Position numbers and translations under genes: made by a program
Source: Paraspadella gotoi
Taxonomy: Eukaryota > Animalia > Chaetognatha
Direction of reading: 5' to 3'
Length of the DNA stretch: 64,000 nucleotides
NCBI GenBank assembly: GCA_051294375.1
Contig: CM119270.1
Coordinates: 8,228,839 to 8,292,838 of the forward strand
The notes under the pieces: generated by a model
The model's input: only the letters and a program-made list of their open reading frames with translations
Databases searched by the model: none
Told to the model about the DNA's origin: nothing
In this document: one piece after another, positions 11,601-23,000 of the stretch
Layout: each line of letters begins with the position of its first letter
How positions within the stretch are numbered: position 1 is the stretch's first letter

Positions 11601-14600
11601 GACAACACTTCAACGATCAAGAGTCAATTTATCAATATCGACGCTGTGATTGATACCAATGCACAAAATAATGAAACACTCACCATCTCTGTCCCAGAGT
11701 CAAATGAAAAGGCTGTTCAAGAGATTGAATTTCGAATTTCGAAGTCGGGCAGGAGCATGAAGTTAAAAAATCCACCAAAAGAAGAAAATAAATTAAATGA
11801 TACTAAGAATAATAACTCTTCCAAGCCTTCAAATATTTTCATTAGAACAACTACTACTAAACCCAAAAACAAAATTAAAAAAATTACTTGGAAATCTCAA
11901 TCAATCAATGAAAAAAGAAGACGAACTCAGCTTCAAGCAGTTTTGGAGGACGAGTTGGAAGATAAGAAAAAACGAAAGACTAAGAAAACACCTCAATGTT
12001 GCAAATGGTCCAATGTTCTTCTTAATTTTATTATTCTGTGGTGGGCTGCTTCTCCTTTCATTGGTTTTGCTCAGGTCTGAATACCATTTCAACTTTTTTT
12101 TAACATAAAAAACATACACTGCGGCGCCCAAATTTTTTTGCTTTCTAGATTAGAGAATTATTTAAATTGAACATATCTGTTCAATTTAAATAAAATTCGT
12201 TGCAAACAAAAACTTTGTCAATTCTCTAATTATTACTAACAACGCAAAAGAAAGGATTACTTCAATACGCTTTCTAGCTTTAATTTAAAGTTTAAAGTTT
12301 AAATACCACATTATTTTTTGCCTAACTTTGAAAAGGAGCCTACGAATGGCGAAAAATCTAAAGTGGTTAAATTATTGCAATAAATTGGGAATAAAATATT
12401 TCATATGTATATATATGAAGGAGAATTCAATTTTAACATAATGACAATAAAAAATATTATTTGAAACGGTGGATAATAAATTGGCTTTTTTGTTTAAATT
12501 AATATTTTAAAGAAATTCATGATCTTGACATAACACAATGGGTTGCCTGATTTTATGGAATTAGCGTTAACTTTCACCAAGCAAATTTTTTTTTTAAATT
12601 AGGCGATCCCATATTAATTTTATATTGTAAAGATAGAAAGATTCTATTGTAAGGATGAAAAGTATTTTGTTTATTTTTGAAAAATATTCTTTATTTAATA
12701 TTTTTTGAAACAAAATAATTGACAACAGTCTATTGCTAATATTAATCTTTCAATTTGCCATCAATGAAAAAAATGATTTGAGTCCACCATACTACAATAT
12801 TTAATAGGTTAACTAATTTCATTTCACATCTATGTATATAGATACATATCATTAAAATATCTTTTTACATAGTCTTTGATTGATTCCAACTATGTCTGGA
12901 GTAACGGATTTGTTGAACCCTGCAGTGAAAAATCCAGGAAACCAGTTATGTGTAGGCTAACTAATTATACTCACTGGAAGGAGGTGCGAATAAAATTTTG
13001 TATTTTTATGAGAATGGTTTCTTAGTTTTTTATTACACGTTAAAAATAAGAATTAAAAATTGGTATAACTATAAGCAGTGAATAAATGTAGATATTTAAA
13101 AATAAAAACATTTCTTTTTTTTTTAAATGTTTGTTTAAATTTTTTTTTCTTTTAAGGACGTGAAAGAGTATTATCATTGCGCGCGTACCGAAAGACAAAA
13201 ACAAGGAGAAGACAAACTGATGAAAAAGTGGCCCGTGATGAATCATGTCTCTTATGACATCTACCTAGATTGGATCTCTTTGAAAAAACCACTGTGGCTT
13301 CGTTTTCAGTTTCGCAACGATATCGTCTCACAATTCCTCATGTATTTAAATTTTCCCGATTTCATCCTGGGTAGGTATTTTTCGCTTTGAAATGGAATCT
13401 ATTCGAAAATCGAGATCAGATCGAACGTCCAATTTTTAATAAATTCTGATTACGGATGTTACCACTAAAAGTTTCCCTTGGTCGGTACTAATGAAATTAA
13501 AACCAGAGCAACTCATTTTCCTTTCGCCGTTGCACCTCCTTATATCCTCATCCGAAACTTGGAGACATGACTCTATAATACGCTTTTCTGTCTGTTAGTC
13601 ACTCTGTCTGACTCTTGTTTATTAAAGTAAAATGGCATTTTTTTTTAAATTATGCGTTGTTGGAGATTCAATGACAATCGAGAGATAAAGATTGTGGGCT
13701 CTGCGCATTTCTAATGAGGCAGAGGAAATTGAGTAGGAGGATAAAAGGGAAGGAAAAAGAGAAGGAGAACAATACGAATATAATATAAACTAGGAAAGAA
13801 TAGTTACAACTTACAAGGCATAAGCATAAAAGAAAGAAAGAGAAAGAAAGCAAATGAATGAAAAGTTCAGGCCTTAAAGGAATTAACTAAATCCTTGACG
13901 CTCTTTCAGTCGGAGACCGGATCTTGTTTGAAATTTTTGTACGTGGGTTACGATTTCCATAGTAACAATTTGTCCCGCCTTTAGATAACTGAAATTGAAA
14001 AAATATTGTTTTTATTCTTCCCCTGATGGCAGGATTTACTTTTACTGTCCTGTGGTTCATCTTACGAGGCTATGAACGAAAGCCAATGGCTATTGTTGCT
14101 TACGTGTCCGTGACTCTAAGTATTACTATTTTTATGGTCTTCTGGGTTTTGATCGATCTTTCAAATCTTTCCGAAGGAACGAAAAAGGTGTTTTTTTTTT
14201 TCGACTGGTGTCGAATTATGTAATATTCTCAATTAATCAACCTGAAAAGATCAAATTATTAACTGCTAATCGGAAACTGATTAAAGCTTCAGAATTTAGG
14301 AGATTTGTCTTTTTATTGTTTTCGGTCTCAGCTTTGGACCGCGATGGTGAACAACATCTTCATCCTCTCAAACTTCATCATCATCTGCTTTCTTATCTTC
14401 TTGATCTTCATGGACATCTATGCGTGTGTGGGATGCTGCTTGACAAAGGAGCAGCGCCACGCCGAGTCGTCCACCCTCCGCTCCAAGCACCAGAAGAGAG
14501 TTGACGATTACAGGAGAAGCACCATTCGGAGGGGCCAATTGTCCAAGTAAAAATTCATGTCTTTCACTTCTTTTTTTCTTCCTTCATTTATTCATTCATT

Positions 14601-15249
14601 TCTGCCCACTTGGCTTTTTTCCTGTCTTCCATTCGTCCTTCATTATTTTCTTTTTTAGCCATGTTTTATTTTCATTCATCCTATAGAGGCAAGTCATTCA
14701 ACTCCCTACCCAAAGGTCCGGGGTTCTCGCCCGGTGGTCTCCTTGCAGTTAGGAGGGAAGGGGGGCTTAACCGCCTGTAACACGGTCTTACAGCCTGATC
14801 CGAAGCACATGGACTGCTTAATAAAACAGTCCCTGAGCCTTGGAGCATATAAGCAGTCCTTATATTGAACGGTTCTGTCACTAACACATTACAATAATTA
14901 CTGTCTCTTCAATCCTTTATTTTCTTTTCCTCTTCTTTCTCCCTTTCTTACTTCCTTTTTCGTTTTCTTTTCTTTCTTTTCATTTCTTTCCTTCTTTCCA
15001 TCCTTAATAGATCCAGAGTAAATTTTTTGAAATACTCAATTTAAAGGTGAAAAAAAATTATGCGTTGGCCTTACTCCAACAGATTTTTACTTATTGATCA
15101 TAATCTGCTTTACATACTGACCTATTCCCACATCTTCTTTTCCCCCTCTTGATCTCAGAGTGACGACAACGATGAGCTTCGGGTCCATGAGTAACAATCC
15201 TTTCGACGACGACGAGTTGGATGAGTCGATCCGTCGACTGGCTGAGTGA
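5672..15249 (+). CDS. 15-exon multipass membrane protein, possibly a divergent XK-related (Xkr/CED-8) protein
   Basis: Phase-consistent GT-AG exons: 5672-5841, 6112-~6323, 6385-6654 (needs -1 A in the A8 run at 6419-6426), 6828-6939, 8342-8455, 8596-8640, 9340-9362, 9824-10044, 10467-10657, 10732-10947, 11524-12074, 12873-12983, 13157-13370, 14033-14187, 14332-14546, plus terminal exon 15159-15249. About 10 hydrophobic segments. Gene structure is better supported than the family call. Confidence 0.65.
5912..6057 (+). repeat. Degenerate TTAGGG-like tandem tract (intronic)
   Basis: Runs of GGTTAGG/TTAGGG/TAAGGG variants with ~6-bp periodicity. Confidence 0.6.
7013..7146 (-). mobile_element. 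Highly degenerate copy of family-1 tRNA/twister element
   Basis: AACCGTTCA..GAGCTTTGGATCATGCTGTAGCAC..TTAAGTGCTCC aligns by eye to 61525-61600. Confidence 0.5.
7255..7500 (-). mobile_element. Family-2 tRNA-derived SINE-like element carrying a twister ribozyme, nested in the MITE
   Basis: Minus-strand A-box TGGCTGAGCAGG (7447-7436) and B-box GGTTCAATCCC (7404-7394). The twister follows. Hairpins flank both sides (GGCAGC/GCTGCC at 7479-7500; GATACCC/GGGTATC at 7271-7292). Boundaries are approximate. Confidence 0.75.
7300..7379 (-). ncRNA. Twister ribozyme, type P5 permutation
   Basis: RNA: CUGGC-UUAA-AUGU-GA-CGG-UGCCGGUA-U^AA-ACAU-GC-CAGUGAC-AGGAGGCG-GUCACUG-AGGG-UCCGCAGC-CCCU-AC-GCCAG. P5, P2, P3, P4, T1 (CCG/CGG) and T2 (GC/GC) all pair. 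The loop has CA in place of the usual AA. Confidence 0.8.
8687..8910 (-). mobile_element. Family-1 tRNA/twister element, copy A (deletion in P3/P4)
   Basis: Aligns end to end with 61490-61720 and lacks ~7 nt after GGATCA. Confidence 0.85.
9114..9301 (+). ncRNA. Candidate intronic box C/D RNA
   Basis: TCTA-TT-ATGATGA (box C, 9120-9126) ... CTGA (box D, 9294-9297)-TAGA, with canonical terminal-stem spacing. It is a GC-richer island in an AT-rich intron. No target identified. Confidence 0.3.
9375..9446. repeat. Fragment of HINE/DINE-1-like interspersed repeat
   Basis: TCAGCAGATTCCGACTCAATAATTCACTTTGTCG matches the reverse complement of 62138-62172. Confidence 0.55.
11195..11330. repeat. Fragment of HINE/DINE-1-like interspersed repeat
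   Basis: ACTCTATAAGTCACTTT-(GTCG/GTCT)n-CTGTCCCAC is the inverse of the motifs at 62030-62160. Confidence 0.55.
14686..14912 (+). mobile_element. Family-1 tRNA/twister element, copy B (5'-truncated, mutated, internal inverted insertion)
   Basis: Matches 27131-27315 and contains an inverted fragment CAGTCCCTGAGC..TAAGCAGTCC at ~14827-14860. Confidence 0.8.
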
Positions 15250-15731
15250 ACGGCGCCGACGCGGCGGAGCAGCGAAGCATTTTTAAAATTACGATTTTTT
15301 TCCCACGAAAAGATTCAGTAGACTATTTCAACGTATTATATTATGAAATAAATAGAATATCATGTAGATGAAGTCACTTTTTACTTCCTGCTAAAATTTT
15401 ACAAACCATTTGTTTGTGGACCCACCTGATTGGCTAAAAGATGTATAGTATACACTATACACTATACTCAGTATTAGGTACTCCGTTAGGCTATAACTAC
15501 CAATAGGCAACTATTTCTGTATTATTCAATCCCTACTGACTACTGATATTTTTTTTTTTTACTTGGTCGCGTCCCGTTATAAAGAAACAGGTTCTCTGAT
15601 AACATCAAGCAAGAAAAAATATTTTTTATGATATTTTTAAAAAAAAAATAGTTACGCATTCTTATTCATAGTCGTCATTTTCGAAGTTAGAGTCAGATAT
15701 CATAATCTCTTCCCAATGTCGTCATAGAAGT

Positions 15732-16709
15732 TTAATCAATCCGCCAGCAACGAAAGTTTTCGGCGTCCATCTCCATTTCCCTCTTGCCGTTGCCCGCGCC
15801 TCCTGGCTTGACCCAGACTTGGACCCGGCAGCGATGACGGTAATTTCTGGGCGGTGAGTCGCAAGACCCCAGAGGAGCGTTCTTTAAGCAGCCCGACTCT
15901 TGCAGCTCCAGGTCGAGGTAGTAGAGGAAGCCCTGTACTACCTGCGCGGGAAGAGAACGGGTAATGAAATTTAAGAGCAATATAGTATATTCTCTCCCTT
16001 TCATTTATAAATTCAGTATTGAAGAGACGGTAATGATAGTTATGTGTTAACTACAGAACCGTTCAATATAAGCAGTCCCTGAGCTTCGGATCATGCTTTA
16101 ACACTGTGTTACAGGCGAGTTAAGCGCCCCGTCCCTCTTAACTGCTAGGCAAGAACCCCGGACCTTTAGGTTGGGAGGCAAATGACTTGCCTCGTGCACC
16201 AATGACCGCTGATGAACGGTTGGTGGATTTTTATTCCACCATATTATATACGTTAAATAGCAATTTATGCCTTACGTAGTATCTCATCATTATCTGCATC
16301 TAAATGTTTGGTACGTGTATTTTGGCTCGACTCAGCTTTTTTTTCGTCAAATTTTGAGGATTTAATCGTTCAAAGATGATACTTATGTCTAATGTTATAT
16401 TACGGCTTCGCCATGCAACTTCCGTCAGCCGAGGTTAGCCCTACCAGCCCCTACCTGCTTCTGCGCATTTTTTATGCCGCTGAGGACTTGATGAAAAGGT
16501 GAGTTCATCGTCTTCGTCAACTCTGCCGCCGCAAAAATTCCAGCTTCGACCACATCCTTGTCTTCCACGTTGACAGGAAAGAGGCCGCCGGGTAAGGCTA
16601 CATACAGAAAGGAAGCGGGAACTTACTTTCGCCAACTCGTACTTTATTTCTGCCTGAACTTACCCGAGGTGACCGCCAAAATAAGAGTGAGTGCGAAAAT
16701 TGTCCGCAT
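15732..16709 (-). CDS. Secreted type-2 cystatin
   Basis: Exons 16709-16664, 16597-16455 and 15941-15732 give MRTIFALTLILAVTSALPGG...AQKQVVQGFLYYLDLELQESGC...C...CRVQVWVKPG...C. Signal peptide, N-terminal Gly, QxVxG motif and four Cys are present. Confidence 0.92.
16020..16241 (-). mobile_element. Family-1 tRNA/twister element, copy C (in cystatin intron, sense)
   Basis: Aligns with 61490-61720. It has a deletion at the tRNA 3' end and mismatches in P3/P4. Confidence 0.85.
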
Positions 16710-17542
16710 TTTCTTTTATATCTAAACACGGGGGACAAAAAGAAGAACAATGGAATACGATTAACGTCGAAGTTCTCTACTGAACTAATAATAATTATTG
16801 TATCTTTTTATTAATGTTTAGAATTCGGATTTTATGGAGTATCGTAGAGCGAAATTAAATCGTTTAACGTCAGCAAACTTTTTCTAATAAATTTTTTTTT
16901 CACGAAAAATTTGTTTAAAAAAAGTAATACTTTTTAAAGTCGAATTGTTACAATATTAACGGGGGGAATCGATAGAATATATTTTGAGTCGGGCGACATT
17001 CAAAAAAAAAGGTTACGCAAACAAAGGCTTTCGTTTATTTTATGGGAAAAGTTCGTTGCTTGTCAGCAGATGACAGATTGTCGATAAGACTCATTAAGAG
17101 CTATTGATTAAACAGAATCGAAAGAGATAAAAAAAGGGGACAATTTTTTTTAAAGAACCTCTTTAGTTGTGAGAATCCAGAGGGTGAGCGATCTTTGAAC
17201 TCGGCTGATGCTAGTGATTAAAACTCGCATGTTTTTTAACATATTTGATATATTATATAACTCACTAACCTTGTAATAATTTTAATAAAATGAAATTGGG
17301 TGAGAGGGTCAGAATTAGATCCTCTTTAGTAGTGTTAAGAACTGATTTTATGCTTATGCCTTTTGCTTATCTAACGATTTAGCATTAAAATTGATAATCA
17401 CGGAATTTCGCGGTGCTTCCCCGAGTTCTCGAACCGGAGTGGGAAGGATCTTCTCTCCCAGTGCTGATGGGCCGTCGTCCAGCAATGAAAACGGACTCTC
17501 AACCAGAAAATGGGCCATCTGGAAACGAGGAAAATCTGAAGG

Positions 17543-17616
<74 letters not shown>

Positions 17617-20029
17617 CTATAGCGTCATTATCGCCGCGCGTTTCCATCGACGGCGTCGTTTCCGTTAATGACGCCGATGATGAAACCGGGCGTCGATTTG
17701 ATCGGCGCCGTCGTTTCCATTCACGCGCCTTTTTCGAGTGGCATCATTTTTTTTCCAAACTGATTAGCAATAAGACGTTGGACGGTAAGAGGTCTTTTTA
17801 TTTCGTGGAATCGGACCCAAGGTCGTTGAAGGCCTCCGCTTTTTCATCAATAAATGCTATGCCATCTTGCGTTAAGATGACAGCCGAGTGAATCAGTTTC
17901 TTAATAAAGTATAAAAAAAACTACTGCCAATAGAACAATTGAACCGGTTAACCTGGATAGACTGACACTGCTTTATACATTATAAAAATTTAAAAAAATG
18001 AACTATACGAAAAAAAAAATTAAGCCAACGAAATAAAATATTTCGCTTGTATATTTTCATCGGTTATAAAATAAATGTATGTAAATTTTCTTACAACAAG
18101 GACATCATCATTTCCAAATCGATTCGTATTTTTCTCGTCAACCCACCCGAATCTCGGTTATAATGACTCAGCATCTCTTCTCATTACATTGTGTTTAAAC
18201 CCCATTAGTCGGTCCCATCCTTGACCAAGTGGAGCGAAAAGATCCTAGCCATTGGGAGTTGGAGAAAAGATAAAGAAGAAACCAAGGATATTAGTATGAA
18301 ATTGGAACAACCAATATAGTATAATTCTTATGGATTATATTAGATATTCAAGATTAAAGATGATCTCAAAAGGATTTTCGTAGAAAAGTTAAGCTAGATT
18401 GAAGTTATATTCGTTGTATTGAAATAATTTAACTAAATTCTGAGGGAGGTGGTTGTTCATACCCCTTCTTTTACTTTGTCTTTCATTTTTCTTTGTCATT
18501 TTTTCCTTTCCCTCCACCCCTCCCGCTCTCCTCTAATCTCTGTTCCTTTTCTTTTTGTCATCATTTGTCGATTCTCTGGTTTTAGATTCTCATTTGGCTT
18601 CGTAGATTGTGGCTTCTCTCCTTTAATCTTTCCTCTTTCTTTCTTCTTTAACGATTTTTATCGATAGCTCCACGAGATCTCTCCATTCGATTTGATAAGA
18701 CCAAATTATATTTTATATATTGTATTAAACACCTTTTATGGCGATACAAACGATGAACAAGATAGAAATCTTGTTGATTCAAAGGGCGCAAAGACAGTTT
18801 TTACGCAAAATTATTATGTTAATAAAAAAAATTAACAGTATTTTTTGTTCGTAATTAAATTTCATTAAAACGGTAAAACAGACAAAATTGTTAGACGCAT
18901 TGGAACATTTTGCTCGGTTGGAAAATTACTTCTTCTTGGGTCTTTCAAAATTAATTAATAAGAATCGCCACAGACCAATCATAATCGTGATATCATAAAA
19001 TTACCGTAGGGCAGTGACTCATAAGACGACGACGACGACGAACCAACGATGATGACCTTACCTTACCTTACCAACAACGACGAAATCAACGACTGGTGAA
19101 TCTCGCCACTGAACCGTTTAGTGGATCGAAGAGTCTCACCCACTTAATTGATACTTACCTCTCAGCGATACCGACGCTAATTCTGTATCATTCTCTTATT
19201 TTTACATTAAATGTTCGCAAAAACGTTTTTGCGAAATCGTTTGAGATGCCACAGTAGAATATATTTTTTAATGAACGGATTGATTAGATCGCTTGACTTG
19301 TTTGTCACAATTGATGGGAATAGTTCTGTAGCTTTATTTTATGTCCATTTTTAGAGAGACGATATTTTTTTTCTGTTTGGAAAAAAAACTTTTCGCTCTC
19401 TATTTAAAGTCTAAACACAAACGAAAAGAAAAAAAAAGGAAAACAGACAATAATGTCTATAAATAAATTTTATTTTTCTCTGTTTTTAATAGTTCCCGTT
19501 TCGTACATAAGTCTATAGTTTCCAGTTAAAGTTTTTATTGATTGGGCAATTCATTTTTATAATAAAAGTGTTTCAGAGCTACTTATTCGATCTAGTCAAT
19601 ACTTAATTCTGAATGTGAATGCACTTTTTTTTCATTCAACATCTAAAGATACCTTCGTCTTAAAAAACCTTTACTGGCAAAACTTTTTTCTTGGGAATTT
19701 TATGTTTCTTTTCGTCCCTAGCCGTAACCTTGAAAGCATTAATGTATAAAAGCAAGCCAGCCACGTCTGGTTAACCTTTCAACGTTTCTTTTTAAAAAAA
19801 TTGACGAAATTCTGCTGTTCATTTTCTGTCATAATTTTTTTTAAGTAAAGAATACCCGGATATTCAAATATTCTCACTCTATTTCAAAACTATGCACTCG
19901 GAATTCTTACAATTTGAAGAAATTAAATTAAATTAAAATTCACAACCCTGTAAAATTCACGTAAAATTAAATTTAAATATAATTTGGCAACCGTTCACAA
20001 CCAATTCAAACTAAAAGACCAAAACTACA

Positions 20030-23000
20030 ATGACGATCACCAAAACTGAACTTTCTCCTTGGGATTACGTGATTTTCACCGCATGCCTCACAATATCAGC
20101 AGGAATCGGTGTCTTTTACAGGTAATACGTATTGTAGTCAGGAACTTGCTTTTTATTTGGGTTAATTCGTAAAAAATTATTTGGTCTCCTGGAAACATAA
20201 AAAAAAAATATATTAACAAGTTAGAGAATGAAAACATTAATTAAAGCCTTTTCTTGATAAGACATTTTTTTTATAATTCATACATGTTTTAGTAAAAATC
20301 AGATTGTTTAATATACGGTTCATATAAAAAAAAATTATAAAATAATAATAAAAAAAGCTAACCACTCCTCTCTCGCCGGTGCCAATCCCAGATTCGCCGG
20401 TGGACGTCAATCGACGACGGAAGAATTCTTGATGGCGGATCGACGGATGGCCTCGTTTCCGGTGGCCCTTTCCCTTTTGGCCTCATTCATCTCCGCCATC
20501 ACTCTCTTGGGTTCCGCGTCGGAGGTCTTCGTCAACGGCACGCAGGTGATGTTGTGATGGAGGATTATCGGCGTCGTCTGCTCGCTGATCGAGTCAGATT
20601 CGATGAGGAAAGTTGTCGACCAGAGCAGCGTAAAGGTTTATAATCTTTTCTAAACTCAGCCCCCGTCTAAATTCAAATGAAAGAGAGGAAATATAATAAT
20701 ATAATACGTCAAATATTATTGTTTGTCGTTTAATGTTTATATACGCTTAAACTTAATTTTGAAATCTATTTCCCCTTTTCAGATTGTCCTGATGTGCCTA
20801 ACGAACTTCGTCACGATTCCCATCGCCGTTTATCTTTACTTACCCGTATTTTATCGCTTGAAACTTACCTCCGCTTACGAATATCTCGAAATTAGATTCG
20901 ACAAAAGTGAGTTTCTTCCCAAAAAATATATCGCCTGGTTTATTACGTTTAAATGCCTTAGGGGCTACAGAACCTGGTCCTGCCACTGGCGCAGATGTTT
21001 AACCGCACGGTATACATGGCGTTTTGGCCTCCGCGGCCCAATTTGTTTTGAGGTCTTGTAGTAAATTTTAACAGATTCTTTTATGCGATTCTATTCCATC
21101 ATATTTTCCAGCTACACGCACATTGACCAACTTGTTGTTCATCTTGCAAATGATGATTTACATGGGGATCGTCTTGTACTCGCCCTGCCTGGCGCTCAGC
21201 GCCTCGACAGGCGTCAATCTCTGGCTGCTCATCGCCTGCACCGGCGCGGTCTGCATTTTCTACACGACGTTGGGTGGCATTAAGGTATGCGTACTACTTT
21301 TACCTAAATCTTTTTTGAAAATTCGTGAAACAAATTAGAATTTGAATAATATAAAATCTAACATTTTCAAACGTTGTCAAGTGGTTCGTCAGTCGTGGAT
21401 TAATAAAACATTATAAATAAATGAGATTTTCTTTCTCATTACAAAAGCTGCGATGGAGTATAAAAGTTGTCAGTTGTTAGGAGCCTCTTTGATAACAGAT
21501 TTTATACTGTATATGTAGTCATAGCCTATTTTTTGCTAAAGTAAAATTCCAAACAGGATAGCTAACTGAAAAAAAAATATTAACATTGAGCTCCGACTTC
21601 AAAATTGTAATTTATCCCTTTTCCAACAAGGCTGTTATGTGGACGGACGCTTTCCAAGTTGGCATCATGTTTCTCGGCATCGTCTGCGTCTTGGGACTCG
21701 GATCGGCGGCGACTCCCGGCGGATTTTCCGGCGCTTGGCAGATTGCCGAGAGTCGCGGCCGGATCGAGTTCGATAACCTGAGACTCGATCCTTTCGAGCG
21801 TCACTCGGTGTGGAATCTCTTTGTCGGCGGCTGCGGATTTTGGTTGGCGGTTTACGCGGTTAATCAGGCCCAGGTTATTATTGTCATTAATAATGACATT
21901 ATTGTCAAATATGTAAATATGCAAATATGCAAATATACAAGATGTTCACCGAACATTGCTCAGTATTCACTGACTGGAAAGATGATTTTATGGACGGACG
22001 AAGTCATGGAAGTATGGATAGATGAACGGACGAACGGATGGATGTCGGGACCTTTGTTTTAGTTTTCTTTGTTCTCCGTCCCTCAGGTTCAGCGTTGCCT
22101 CTCCTGCCCGTCCTTGCGCCGCGCTCAAATTGCAATGTGGATCAACGCGCCGGGAAACGTCGCCTTCGCCGTTCTCTCCGCGTCGTTGGGGATTCTCGTC
22201 TTCGCTCGCTACGCCGGTGACTGATGGCATGATTGATTGATTGGTTTATTTGATTGATTGGTTTATTTGATTGATTGGTTTATTTGATTTACAAATCTGG
22301 CTGATAAATTCGTTGTTTAATTAATGTTACAAGTTAAATTAATAAAAGTAACTACCCAGTTGCAAGCTACTACAAACCTCCCTCCGCAGACTGCGATCCT
22401 CTTTCCGCGGGGTTTCTCTCAGCTTCGGATCAACTCCTTCCTCTCTACGTGATGGACGTGATGTCTCCCTACGCGGGTCTCGCCGGACTCTTCATCTCCT
22501 GCGTCTTTTGCGGAAGCCTCTCCACCATCTCGTCGGGGCTCAACTCCCTCGCCGCCGTCATCTTGCAGGTTTCATTGATTGATTGATTTGATTTGATTTA
22601 CAAATCTGGCTGATAGATCCGTTATTACTAGATTGACATGAATATTGATTTAATTGATTGATTGATTTGTTTGGTCGATGGCTTGATTGTTGATTGATTC
22701 ATTGATTTACTGATTTATTAATTTCCTTTTTGCCCTCTAAACCAGGACATCGTCCGCGCCTACTTCCGGCCCAACCTCCCCGACGTCGTCGCCACTCGCG
22801 TCTCCAAGATCGTCGTCGTCGTTCTCGGCGTCGTCGTGATGGCTTTGACTTGGATCCCTTCGCGGATGGAAGGCGTGATGGTGGCCGCACTGGCCTTCAA
22901 CGGAGCGTTGGCCGGACCACTCTTGGGCGTCTTCACTTTGGGTCAGATCTCTGGGTCTTCGTCGTTGTTGTTGTTGTAGATGGCGCTGATTGTGAACTCG

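Noticed and set aside
17060-17130. Hammerhead-like CAGATGA...GAAA
   Set aside because: The core is mismatched and the flanking stems do not form.
17354-17891. ORFs with ER/SL runs (also at 33-34 kb, 45-49 kb and 51-58 kb)
   Set aside because: They are products of (AG)n microsatellites.
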